Virus record (IMG/VR): IMGVR_UViG_3300016474_000102
Span: 1 to 35,369 of that record
Length of the DNA stretch: 35,369 nucleotides
Origin: a virus
Direction: 5' to 3' (one strand)
Part shown: in pieces, positions 23,834 to 31,806 of the stretch
How positions within the stretch are numbered: the stretch's first letter is position 1
Layout of the letters: every line of letters starts with the position of its first letter
Made by a program: the position numbers and the translations under genes
The notes under the pieces: generated by a model
The model's input: only the letters and a program-made list of their open reading frames with translations
The model's database searches: none
What the model was told of the DNA's origin: nothing

Positions 23834-24283
23834 ATGGATATGAAGGACTGTACGCAGTGCGGGAAAAAGAAGGAGTTGTCTGAGTTCAGCGTTAATCGCG
23901 CGAAGGAGGACGGGCTAAACAATTGGTGCAGGGCTTGTATGTCGGATTACCAGAAGGCTCGGCGGGTGAGGGCTAATGCCAGCCGCCCTGAAGGCTGGAA
24001 GCAGAAGACGAAGGACAAGTCGTCCTACATGAAAGCTTGGACTGAAGCCCATCCGGGGGCCATGACGGCTTACAAGAAAGCTTGGTGGGATAAGCACAGG
24101 GACAGGCTTTTGGTTAAGGAGAAGGTCAGGTATGCCATCCGTACTGGCAAGCTGGTTAAGCAGCCTTGCTGGACTTGCGGCGAAGAAAAGGTCGAGGCGC
24201 ACCATCCTGACTACGACAAGCCATTAGATGTCATTTGGCTATGCCGAAAACATCATCTGGAAATTCACAAGAAGCTGGTGTAA
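23834..24283 (+). CDS. HNH-motif protein (AHHPDY...WLC..HH..IH type) with N-terminal Cys4 ribbon
   Basis: AAGGAGGG SD before ATG 23834. CTQCG...CRAC N-terminus. C-terminus CWTCGEEKVEAHHPDYDKPLDVIWLCRKHHLEIHKK. Confidence 0.7.
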   Translation: MDMKDCTQCGKKKELSEFSVNRAKEDGLNNWCRACMSDYQKARRVRANASRPEGWKQKTKDKSSYMKAWTEAHPGAMTAYKKAWWDKHRDRLLVKEKVRYAIRTGKLVKQPCWTCGEEKVEAHHPDYDKPLDVIWLCRKHHLEIHKKLV

Positions 24284-24324
24284 TCTGGTGTTGATTTCTT
24301 TGTGAATCTCCTTCTCTAGCACCA

Positions 24325-24358
24325 GCTCTAGGTTTCAATCCTGTGGCCTAGAGCTTTT
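24325..24358 (+). terminator. Intrinsic terminator 1
   Basis: GCTCTAGG-14 nt-CCTAGAGC followed by TTTT. Confidence 0.5.
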
Positions 24359-24388
24359 AGGACTCCCTCTTGTGGAGTCCTTTTTTTT
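24359..24388 (+). terminator. Intrinsic terminator 2 (strong)
   Basis: AGGACTCC-CTCTTGT-GGAGTCCT followed by T8. Confidence 0.8.
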
Positions 24389-24398
24389 CGCCTATAGT
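24370..24398 (+). promoter_or_regulatory. Candidate promoter TTGTGG-N17-TATAGT overlapping terminator 2
   Basis: Hexamers at 24370-24375 and 24393-24398, about 27 nt before ATG 24425. Confidence 0.35.
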
Positions 24399-24424
24399 GT
24401 GTACATTAGTTATGAGGGATAGAT

Positions 24425-24637
24425 ATGATTAATGTTGGATTAGATAAGGATGTACCGGTACCGGAGCCGAGGAAGCGTTATCCGTACCGTGAGATGGAGG
24501 TTGGGGACTCGTTCTTTGTCCCCGCTGGTGGCATCCAGAACATCTGTAATCAGAACTACAGGACGGGTAAGAAGTTGGGTAGGTCATTTATTGCTCGCAA
24601 AGAGGATGGTGGAGTCAGGGTGTGGAGAGTTTCTTAA
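24425..24637 (+). CDS. Small conserved-looking hypothetical protein (YPYREMEVGDSFFV...VRVWRV)
   Basis: 70-aa ORF; GAGGGAT SD. Confidence 0.55.
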   Translation: MINVGLDKDVPVPEPRKRYPYREMEVGDSFFVPAGGIQNICNQNYRTGKKLGRSFIARKEDGGVRVWRVS

Positions 24638-24649
24638 CTAGGAGGGGAT

Positions 24650-24895
24650 ATGCCAGCTAAAGCTAAGTACACGAGAGAGGGAGCTAATCGTTTGTTTGAC
24701 CATCTGCTTAGGACTTACAAGGTCAAGAACGATAGTGCGTTAGCGAAGGATTTAGGGGTGTTGCCGCCTGTCATTTCAAAGATTAGGTCCGGCCATGCCG
24801 GGATGGGTGACAGCATCTTGCTATCTGTCCATGAGGTATTTGAGATGCCGATTAAAGATATTAAGGAAATGCTAAATGGACATGAAGTGGTTTGA
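24650..24895 (+). CDS. Helix-turn-helix DNA-binding protein (Cro/regulator-like)
   Basis: NDSALAKDLGVLPPVISKIRSG is an HTH-like segment. TAGGAGGGGAT SD. Confidence 0.6.
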   Translation: MPAKAKYTREGANRLFDHLLRTYKVKNDSALAKDLGVLPPVISKIRSGHAGMGDSILLSVHEVFEMPIKDIKEMLNGHEVV

Positions 24896-25052
24896 GAACA
24901 GCCTCTTTGTTGATGTGATGGACCAGTACCTTATCTGGCGGCTTAATGACTTGATTGAGTATGACTTGGACCCCAAGGTAAGACGGGCTTGCTTTACCTT
25001 GAAGGCTTATTTGGAAGCACCAACTGAGGAAAATGATGAACAAGAAAGATAA
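24876..25052 (+). CDS. 58-aa hypothetical protein
   Basis: Below the track cutoff. The only open frame covering this stretch. MDMKWFENSLFVDVMDQYLIWRLNDL... Confidence 0.45.
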   Translation: MDMKWFENSLFVDVMDQYLIWRLNDLIEYDLDPKVRRACFTLKAYLEAPTEENDEQER

Positions 25053-25194
25053 AGAAGCTTATCTGGCTTGGGCTGAGGCTTATTTCCTTATGTCACAAGA
25101 ACCTGATATGCCTGAATGGGCGGTAGCAGATGGCACTTTTGAACGATTGATGTGGGAAGCCCTATTTAAATGGGCAGGATGGAGTGATAAATAA
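25033..25194 (+). CDS. 53-aa Trp-rich hypothetical protein
   Basis: Below the track cutoff. The only open frame here; TAATG coupling to the next ORF. Confidence 0.45.
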   Translation: MMNKKDKEAYLAWAEAYFLMSQEPDMPEWAVADGTFERLMWEALFKWAGWSDK

Positions 25195-25397
25195 TGACTG
25201 AAGTAATCCAAACAATGATGCCTCTGGCTATGGAGGACGTTAAGAAGGCTTACATGGAGCGTGTCTACGCTATGACCCATGCCGAGCTATTCCATGAGCT
25301 GATGCGCGTTCATACCGAGTCTGCAAAGCTCTTGCAGGAAGCTCACGCTGAGAACGAGCGCCTGAAGGACAGTCTTGACCGACTCCAGCCAAACTGA
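25194..25397 (+). CDS. Hypothetical helical protein
   Basis: 67-aa ORF. Confidence 0.5.
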   Translation: MTEVIQTMMPLAMEDVKKAYMERVYAMTHAELFHELMRVHTESAKLLQEAHAENERLKDSLDRLQPN

Positions 25398-25632
25398 CAA
25401 GTACGCACAGGAGCTTCTATTGTCTCGGACTATCCTGAAGGCCGAGATGGAGAAGGCTTTGCTTGCTTATAAGCCTGAAGATAAACGTGAGCTAGTTGCG
25501 CGCTGGAAAAAGGAATATTCTGCATCCCTTGCGGCAGAGCTTCTGAGAGTCGCTAAAGACCCGGAAGCCAGATACAGAATTGCTAATTGGAACCTGAAGT
25601 CATTTGACGAACAAAGGCGCAAAAGCCGATGA
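25375..25632 (+). CDS. Hypothetical protein; positional candidate for a small terminase subunit
   Basis: TTG start with a GAAGGA SD 5 nt upstream (alternative ATG 25447). ATGA coupling to the large terminase. Function is inferred from position only. Confidence 0.35.
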   Translation: MTDSSQTDKYAQELLLSRTILKAEMEKALLAYKPEDKRELVARWKKEYSASLAAELLRVAKDPEARYRIANWNLKSFDEQRRKSR

Positions 25633-27389
25633 AGTTTAACTTGAAGCAGTTTTATCACTTTTGCTCTCAGTTGAAGATTGAGACAAAAGAACAGGGCTTG
25701 CGCAAGATGGACAAGCTTTTGGGGACTCAGACGTATGTCATGGACCAGATTGCTGACGGTCTGGCTAACGACATACATTTCTTTGTCATTTTGAAAGGGC
25801 GGCAGCTTGGCATTACAACCATCTCCCTTGCCCTCGACCTCTACTGGCATTTTATACACAATGGACTACAGGGGACTCTTACCACAGACACCGAGGAAAA
25901 CCGAGACATGTTCCGAAGCACCCTCGGAATGTATATGGAAGGTCTGCCTAAAGAATACCGTATTCCCTTGGTCGCTCACAACCGTAACCAGCTTTCGCTC
26001 AAGAACCGAAGCCGCCTCTTTTATCAAGTCGCAGGGCTTAGAGCAAAAGGCAGTCTTGGTCGCGGAAAAGCCATTACATTCCTACACGGTACTGAAACGT
26101 CGTCTTGGGGCGACGAAGAAGGGCTTGCCTCCCTTCTTGCTTCCCTAGCTCAGACCAACCCCAACCGCCTCTACATCTTTGAATCCACCGCCCGTGGCTT
26201 CAACATGTTCCACGACATGTACGTTACTGCCAAACGGGCTTTGAACCAAAGAGCAATTTTCTGCGGCTGGTGGCGCAATGAGTTCTACTCTGCCGCCCCT
26301 GACTCCAATATTTACAAAGTCTATTGGGACGGAAAGCTAACCCCGGAGGAGAAGGAGTGGACGCGGGATATTAAGAAGCTCTACGACTTTGAGATTAATT
26401 CCAGACAGCTTGCTTGGTGGCGCTGGATGATGGAAGAAGGCATCAAGGATGATTCCCTGATGTATCAAGAATTCCCGCCAACAGAGGACTATGCCTTTGT
26501 GATGACGGGGACTAGCTTTTTCTCTAACGCCCGTTGTACGGACGCTATGAAGCTGGCTAAGAACATTGACTACGACTGCTATCGGTATGTGATGGGCGTG
26601 AACTTCCAAGACACGGAAGTCAAGAAGTCAACGGAGAAGATGGCAACACTAAAGATTTGGGAGGAACCGGTTGATACAGCTTATTACGTTATTGGTGCAG
26701 ACCCTGCTTATGGTAGCTCTGATTGGGCTGATAGGTTCTGTATTCAGGTCTTCCGTTGTTATGCCGATGGAATGGAGCAGGTTGCTGAATTTGCTACGCC
26801 GGAAATGAATACCTACCAGTTTGCGTGGGTTATCTCTCACCTTGCTGGCGCTTACAAGAACTCAACCCTTAACCTCGAAGTCAATGGTCCGGGGCAGGCC
26901 GTCATTAACGAACTCAATAACCTGAAGCGTCAGGCTGTCTCCCTTGGCGGCAAGATTTCTAAAGACTTGCTAGATGTGCTTGGTTCCATGCAGAACTACA
27001 TCTGGCGGCGTAACGACAGCATGGGGGGTCTTTCTAGCTCTATTGGCTTTCTGACTACTTCAGCGACTAAAGAACGCATGATGAATTACATGAAAGACTT
27101 GTTCGAACGCGGGATGTTAGCTATTTATTCCGAAGACACTATTGACGAGATGAAAACGATTGTCCGTGACGGCGGCAGCATTGAAGCATCAGGCCGTAAC
27201 AAGGATGACCGGGTTATTGCAACCGCTTTGGCTTGCGTTGCTTTCTCGGAACAGGTGCAGCCTAAGCTGATTGCGATGAAGTACACCAGAGATATAGCCA
27301 GAGCGCAGGACGAGAAGACAGCAGAGCAAGTCGCTGTCGGCAGAAGTGTGGCTTCTTACTTGAAAGCGATTGGCGTATATGGTGCATGA
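25629..27389 (+). CDS. terL: Terminase large subunit
   Basis: 586 aa. Walker-A-like ILKGRQLGITT, Walker-B-like RLYIFEST. Nuclease-domain acidic motifs VIGADPAYGSSDWADRF and RNKDDRVIA. Confidence 0.9.
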   Translation: MKFNLKQFYHFCSQLKIETKEQGLRKMDKLLGTQTYVMDQIADGLANDIHFFVILKGRQLGITTISLALDLYWHFIHNGLQGTLTTDTEENRDMFRSTLGMYMEGLPKEYRIPLVAHNRNQLSLKNRSRLFYQVAGLRAKGSLGRGKAITFLHGTETSSWGDEEGLASLLASLAQTNPNRLYIFESTARGFNMFHDMYVTAKRALNQRAIFCGWWRNEFYSAAPDSNIYKVYWDGKLTPEEKEWTRDIKKLYDFEINSRQLAWWRWMMEEGIKDDSLMYQEFPPTEDYAFVMTGTSFFSNARCTDAMKLAKNIDYDCYRYVMGVNFQDTEVKKSTEKMATLKIWEEPVDTAYYVIGADPAYGSSDWADRFCIQVFRCYADGMEQVAEFATPEMNTYQFAWVISHLAGAYKNSTLNLEVNGPGQAVINELNNLKRQAVSLGGKISKDLLDVLGSMQNYIWRRNDSMGGLSSSIGFLTTSATKERMMNYMKDLFERGMLAIYSEDTIDEMKTIVRDGGSIEASGRNKDDRVIATALACVAFSEQVQPKLIAMKYTRDIARAQDEKTAEQVAVGRSVASYLKAIGVYGA

Positions 27390-28179
27390 CCAACTGACAA
27401 TAGTCTCTGCTTATGGGCATGGGGACGGCGCAGTAACTATTCCGTCTATTTCCAAAAGCATGAAAGAACTCCCCGGCTCACGGGGATTACTTTTGTCTAT
27501 TGAGAAGCCGAAGAACTTGCCAGAGCATATTGAGTGGCGACGCATCTACCCGCTGGACTACCGGGGCTACTCAACATTCATGATGCACTGCTTGTATGCC
27601 TTTATCGACACAGAGTTTTGTCTGGTCGTGCAGGACGATGGATGGGTATTGGATGGCAACAACTTTAAAGAAGACTATTACAACTATGATTATATTGGTG
27701 GCATTACTCATGCTGGTCTGGTGGGCGACACACTGCATCTAGGCTTTACTTGGGTAGACAAGCCAAACCCTACGCTGGTTTTAAATGGCGGCTTTTCCTT
27801 GCGTAGCCGCCGTTTTTTGGAAGCGCCAAACAAATATGGCGTGGCGCAGATGTTCTCGCCAGAGATTCATGTTTGGAATGAAGACATACAACTGTCTTGC
27901 TTGCGCCGTCATCTGTTTGAGGAACTAGGATTTAATTATCCGAGCAATGAAGTTGCTAAACACTTCTCAATGGAGCATATCGCCCCGATATTCCATGATG
28001 ACTTGGACTTCTCAAAGCTCTTAGGCCATCACTCAACGAGCAGGAAGTTAATCAAAGAGAACGAGATACTGATTGCCAAAGGCATTGAGGTGTCTTACCG
28101 GGAAACCGAGTTCTTAGAATTCTTGCAATCAAAGGGATACATACTCAACTATGTTGCAAAAGGTTCATACCAAGCGTGA
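27379..28179 (+). CDS. DUF5672-like (glycosyltransferase-like) protein
   Basis: CLVVQDDGWVL...YDYIGG...LNGGFSLRSRRF matches the remembered DUF5672 pattern. ATG 27379 preferred over TTG 27370. Confidence 0.5.
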   Translation: MVHDQLTIVSAYGHGDGAVTIPSISKSMKELPGSRGLLLSIEKPKNLPEHIEWRRIYPLDYRGYSTFMMHCLYAFIDTEFCLVVQDDGWVLDGNNFKEDYYNYDYIGGITHAGLVGDTLHLGFTWVDKPNPTLVLNGGFSLRSRRFLEAPNKYGVAQMFSPEIHVWNEDIQLSCLRRHLFEELGFNYPSNEVAKHFSMEHIAPIFHDDLDFSKLLGHHSTSRKLIKENEILIAKGIEVSYRETEFLEFLQSKGYILNYVAKGSYQA

Positions 28180-28558
28180 ACTGTTTTCCATTATGAAACG
28201 GTTCATTAAAAACAAGGACCGTGGCATTTCGATGGATTTGTTTGCCTCCGCTGCTGGCCTAAACAAGTACACCATCCTTGATGTGTTTGTTTATGGGCGG
28301 GAACCACTGACCAAGAACGTCCAGCGCCGGGTGTCAAAGGCTTATCAGGCGTGGATGAACGGGGAAATAGCCATTATGCAGAATCGGGACAGGACAAAGT
28401 TCATTGAATACCGCCGGGAACCCAAGCCTCGCATCATTCCGACTACCGGATTGCAGATGGTTAATGGGCAGATAAGGATTAGTGTAGGTATGAAGAATAT
28501 GGATGATTATTCTAGGCAACCGTTATTGAAAGGGGATGAAGATGCCGGTATTGCATGA
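28151..28558 (+). CDS. Hypothetical protein with possible HTH
   Basis: 135-aa ORF. ISMDLFASAAGLNKYTILDVF segment. Start uncertain (alternative 28193). Confidence 0.45.
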   Translation: MLQKVHTKRELFSIMKRFIKNKDRGISMDLFASAAGLNKYTILDVFVYGREPLTKNVQRRVSKAYQAWMNGEIAIMQNRDRTKFIEYRREPKPRIIPTTGLQMVNGQIRISVGMKNMDDYSRQPLLKGDEDAGIA

Positions 28559-29036
28559 CTATAAATGCCCTCGGCACGGCTATTTTGAGTCCATGAAGGC
28601 CAAATGTCCGATGAAAGACTGCCATGAGGAGGTCTTTGTCGTGTATTTGCAGCCTCCGGGGCTAATGTCGGACAAAACCAAGAAGAATGACCGCACTGTT
28701 AAGCAATTAGCAATGGATTTTGATATGACGAACATCAAATCCACGAAAGAGGGCGAAAATCAGGCCGGATACTTCACCCGCAAGAACAAAATGTCTAAAA
28801 AGCAGCTTGAGGAGGAGAAAAAGGCCGTTGACGAGAAAAACCTCATCGAACAGCGCAAGAGTGGCGTTATTTGGGGTGGTGACAGCCGTTATTCTCTTGG
28901 CAACGTGGTCAAAGGTGGGGCAGTGCGTTCGGTGATGGGGGAGTCGGTCGGATTTAACCCCAAGGATGCCGGGAACTTGACAGGACCTAGGACAGCGAGT
29001 TATACAGCAGACCATGAAAACTTAAAAATTAAGTAA
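28542..29036 (+). CDS. Hypothetical protein with N-terminal Cys/His cluster
   Basis: AGGGGAT-GAAG-ATG has the same 4-nt spacing as the AGGGGATAAAT-ATG cassette at 13252 and 20157, so 28542 is preferred over 28536. CPRHG...CPMKDCH. Confidence 0.5.
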   Translation: MPVLHDYKCPRHGYFESMKAKCPMKDCHEEVFVVYLQPPGLMSDKTKKNDRTVKQLAMDFDMTNIKSTKEGENQAGYFTRKNKMSKKQLEEEKKAVDEKNLIEQRKSGVIWGGDSRYSLGNVVKGGAVRSVMGESVGFNPKDAGNLTGPRTASYTADHENLKIK

Positions 29037-30659
29037 ATGCGGATACCTAACGGCGAAGTCGAACGGGAGATTTTCTACCGTGACCTTATCGAGAAGTGCA
29101 TGGTATCCCTGCCAGAGCGCAAGGGGGATTACGCTACCCTGCGCTCTTGGTTCTTGTTTGGTTCAGGACCAGACGAGCAACCTGCACTATTTAACAAGAT
29201 TTACCCGCATATCGACCAACTCACCTCTTTCCTCTATTCCGCAGAAACAACGCGCTTCTCTTTAAGCCTTGGCGCTGCGGTTCCTGACCAAGAACACATC
29301 AAGGTCCCTCGCCTGACTCAAGCACTCAACGATGAGTGGCTTAATTCCAATGCAGACCAAGTATTCAGTTCTGCACTGACATGGGCGCTGGTTTTCAATA
29401 CAACGTATGTAAAGCTGGTTGTCCAAAACGGTATTCATCCGTACATGGTCGAACCAAGCTCAATCGGTGTGTTGAGAGAAGATGTTTCTTACACAGACAG
29501 GCAAGAGGCGATAGTCCAAACCTATTACATCACCAAATCTGATTTGTACAATCGTTTGTACAGTCATCCTAAGCGTGAGTCGATAGTCAAGCGCATCACA
29601 ACGAATGTTCACACCAAGACTGACGATATTCCTGAAGGTCTTGACCGCATCATCACTTCCCAAGTCAACCCCACCATTTACGGTAACGTCAACCTAGACC
29701 TGTACGGTATGAACCGCTACAAGGCGCGAGTTGCTGAAGATACCGTCAAGATGTATGAGCTTTGGGTCTGGAATGATGACATTCAGGATTATCAGGTTGT
29801 CACGATGGCTGAACCGGACATATTCATTTATGACCGTCCCGGCGCATCCGTCTTCTTGCGCGGTGAACTCCCGTTTGTCCAGATTTGCCCGAATCCTCAG
29901 TTTGATTACTACTGGGGGCAATCGGAAGTGCAGCGTCTGCTTCTGCTGCAAGGTCTGCGTAATACACGCATGACAGAAATTCTTGATTTGCTATCTAAGC
30001 AAGTATCCCCGCCCAAGGTCTTCTCTGGCTTTATGGGCATCTCCGACGAAAAAGCATTTGCTCTGAACCGAGCAGGTACGCACATTTCGTCTGACATGCC
30101 GAACGCCAAGGTAGATTCTTTGGCACCTGAGATGCCATCCACCTTGTTTGAGGTTATCCATGAAGTTGATGCAATGTTTGCTGAAGCATCTGGAATATCA
30201 AGCGTTCTGTCTGGTCGTGGTGAGCAAGGTGTACGCTCCGCTGGTCATGCTTCTCAGTTGGCCCGTCTTGGAAGCTCTCGCGCAAAGAAACGTGCGCTAA
30301 TCGTTGAAGACAGCCTTGAGAAAGTGGCAACCCTGTATCTCAAGCTGATGCAAGCCTACGACAACACGCATTACTTGGATGAAGAAGGCAACAAGTTTAT
30401 TGCCGAGCAGTTCACCAAGGATTACGTCGTTAAGGTCGATGCCCACTCGAACAGCCCAATCTTCACCGAAGACATGCGCCAGCTTGCATTCAACATGTAT
30501 AAGGCGCAAGCTATTGACAAGGAAAGCTTGATAGATTTGCTTGAACCCCCGATGAAACAGTTGTTAAAAGACAAACTGAAGAAACGGGAGAAGCAGCAAG
30601 CGTCACAACCGCAGCAGCCGCCTCAAGGCAAACCAGATTTGAAAGCAGTGGGGGAATAA
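29037..30659 (+). CDS. Portal protein
   Basis: 540 aa, between the terminase block and scaffold/capsid. Size and Q/K-rich C-terminal tail typical of portals. Confidence 0.7.
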   Translation: MRIPNGEVEREIFYRDLIEKCMVSLPERKGDYATLRSWFLFGSGPDEQPALFNKIYPHIDQLTSFLYSAETTRFSLSLGAAVPDQEHIKVPRLTQALNDEWLNSNADQVFSSALTWALVFNTTYVKLVVQNGIHPYMVEPSSIGVLREDVSYTDRQEAIVQTYYITKSDLYNRLYSHPKRESIVKRITTNVHTKTDDIPEGLDRIITSQVNPTIYGNVNLDLYGMNRYKARVAEDTVKMYELWVWNDDIQDYQVVTMAEPDIFIYDRPGASVFLRGELPFVQICPNPQFDYYWGQSEVQRLLLLQGLRNTRMTEILDLLSKQVSPPKVFSGFMGISDEKAFALNRAGTHISSDMPNAKVDSLAPEMPSTLFEVIHEVDAMFAEASGISSVLSGRGEQGVRSAGHASQLARLGSSRAKKRALIVEDSLEKVATLYLKLMQAYDNTHYLDEEGNKFIAEQFTKDYVVKVDAHSNSPIFTEDMRQLAFNMYKAQAIDKESLIDLLEPPMKQLLKDKLKKREKQQASQPQQPPQGKPDLKAVGE

Positions 30660-30823
30660 TGGCTCAACGACCAGATTACTCGCCAAAAGCTGACCAGCCA
30701 CGGGTCACGACAGGGCAGTTAAAACGAACCGAAGCTCCGGCAAGCATTCAGTACCGGGTGACGGGCATCAAGACGTTTAACCCCCGGCAATCCCGCAAGG
30801 AAAGCCGGATGACTAACCGATAG
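30659..30823 (+). CDS. 54-aa basic hypothetical protein
   Basis: Below the track cutoff; TAATG coupling to the portal stop. Confidence 0.4.
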   Translation: MAQRPDYSPKADQPRVTTGQLKRTEAPASIQYRVTGIKTFNPRQSRKESRMTNR

Positions 30824-30832
30824 GAGTACACC

Positions 30833-30874
30833 ATGTACAAAAAGATGAAGCGTGGTCGCAAGACCCGTCGTTAA
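30833..30874 (+). CDS. 13-codon polybasic micro-ORF 1 (MYKKMKRGRKTRR)
   Basis: AGGAG SD 6 nt upstream. 8 of 13 residues are K/R. Stop followed by a CCC-GCAA-GGG hairpin. Confidence 0.35.
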   Translation: MYKKMKRGRKTRR

Positions 30875-30945
30875 TTCCCCCGCAAGGGATAGGGTATGGC
30901 TGACTTCCCTTCTAAAGTTGGCCGCTGCTAATGGAGACTACCATC

Positions 30946-30987
30946 ATGGCACGCAAAGCACGCAAAGGCCGCAAGGCACGCAAGTAA
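30946..30987 (+). CDS. 13-codon polybasic micro-ORF 2 (MARKARKGRKARK)
   Basis: GGAG 9 nt upstream. The body is a 9-nt tandem repeat x4. The stop lies inside the TAATCC-CTAGC-GGATTA hairpin. Confidence 0.35.
   Translation: MARKARKGRKARK
30949..30984 (+). repeat. 9-nt tandem repeat x4 (GCACGCAAA GCACGCAAA GGCCGCAAG GCACGCAAG)
   Basis: Read directly. Related CGCAAG copies at about 30793, 30858 and 30880. Confidence 0.9.
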
Positions 30988-31008
30988 TCCCTAGCGGATT
31001 AATCCCAC

Positions 31009-31030
31009 GGGGGAGGGGCAATACTCCCCC
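31009..31030 (+). other. G/C-rich hairpin immediately upstream of the capsid-module promoter
   Basis: GGGGGAG-GGGCAATA-CTCCCCC. Confidence 0.6.
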
Positions 31031-31032
31031 AC

Positions 31033-31060
31033 TTGACAAGTTTTTATAGTCTGGTCTAAT
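31033..31060 (+). promoter_or_regulatory. Sigma70-like promoter TTGACA-N16-TCTAAT ahead of the scaffold/capsid genes
   Basis: Perfect -35 at 31033-31038. TCTAAT at 31055-31060 is the same -10 as the 20631 promoter. About 30 nt before ATG 31090. Confidence 0.5.
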
Positions 31061-31089
31061 CACGCCGAACTAGACGATAGAGGATAGCT

Positions 31090-31593
31090 ATGAGTGTTCC
31101 ACCCGATAAGCTTATGGAGATGATTAGTCAGCAGCGTGGCGCAGCACCTACGGATGTGCCGCCCCCGACTGAATCATCCATGTCTGACCAGACTACTGCC
31201 CCGATGTCAGCACCAATGTCTACGCCGGAACCCAAGATGGGCAACCGCGAAGGCGCTCTGGTCAACCTATCAATGGCGATGGATTTGATTGAGCAAGCCC
31301 TGCCTAGCTTGGGCAGCGAAACGGAAGAAGGCCAAAAAGCTCTTGCGGCTATTCGGTCACTTACTGGCTTAATCGGCCCTCGCAAACAAAAGACACGCGA
31401 ATTGCAGCAGTCGGAAATTATCCAGATGTTGCAGAACTTGCCCAATGCTGGTGGCGCTACGCCGGAAGGTCGCGCTATGGCTGCGGCTCCCGCTGTTCCA
31501 AACCTCCCGCCTATTCCGGGCGCGGCTCCGTCGCCAATGGCGATGCCCGGCGCGGCTGGCGGTGGTGCTTCACCAACCCCAACCCCCATGTAA
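31090..31593 (+). CDS. Pro/Ala-rich head-module protein, unknown function
   Basis: 167-aa ORF with an AGAGGA SD, first gene after the promoter. The long antisense ORF here is a GC artefact. Confidence 0.55.
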   Translation: MSVPPDKLMEMISQQRGAAPTDVPPPTESSMSDQTTAPMSAPMSTPEPKMGNREGALVNLSMAMDLIEQALPSLGSETEEGQKALAAIRSLTGLIGPRKQKTRELQQSEIIQMLQNLPNAGGATPEGRAMAAAPAVPNLPPIPGAAPSPMAMPGAAGGGASPTPTPM

Positions 31594-31602
31594 GGAAAGA
31601 CT

Positions 31603-31788
31603 ATGGACCTGTTCAAACCCCGTGGCGCAAACAACCCGCGTCGGCCTACGGACAACACGCAGCAAAACGGTGTTGTTACCAACCCACCCCGTTTCGAGGA
31701 ATTCGGCGGTCTGTCTTCTGGAGCAAAAATTGGCTCCAAGAACAAGATGGCTGTCCAGAAACCCGGCGACGGCAAGAAAGTTATTTAA
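31603..31788 (+). CDS. Small basic hypothetical protein
   Basis: 61-aa ORF; AAGGAAAG SD. Confidence 0.5.
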   Translation: MDLFKPRGANNPRRPTDNTQQNGVVTNPPRFEEFGGLSSGAKIGSKNKMAVQKPGDGKKVI

Positions 31789-31806
31789 TTCTTTTAGGGG
31801 ATAGTT

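Noticed and set aside
23683-23922. 79-aa minus-strand ORF across the control region and the HNH start
   Set aside because: It overlaps the SD and start of the plus-strand HNH gene, has no initiation signal, and no downstream minus genes are coupled to it.
30949-30984. CRISPR-like array
   Set aside because: The 9-nt units are directly tandem with no spacers. No other repeat-spacer structure or cas gene is present in the window.
30852-31049. 65-aa GTG-start ORF spanning the micro-ORF region
   Set aside because: It has no SD and would read through hairpins, the repeat array and the promoter -35. Its composition looks like out-of-frame translation.
31128-31775. 215-aa minus-strand ORF antisense to 31090-31788
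   Set aside because: It lies opposite SD-preceded plus-strand genes in a high-GC stretch where stop-free antisense frames arise by chance. The product is low-complexity and Pro/Gly/Ala-rich, and there is no SD.
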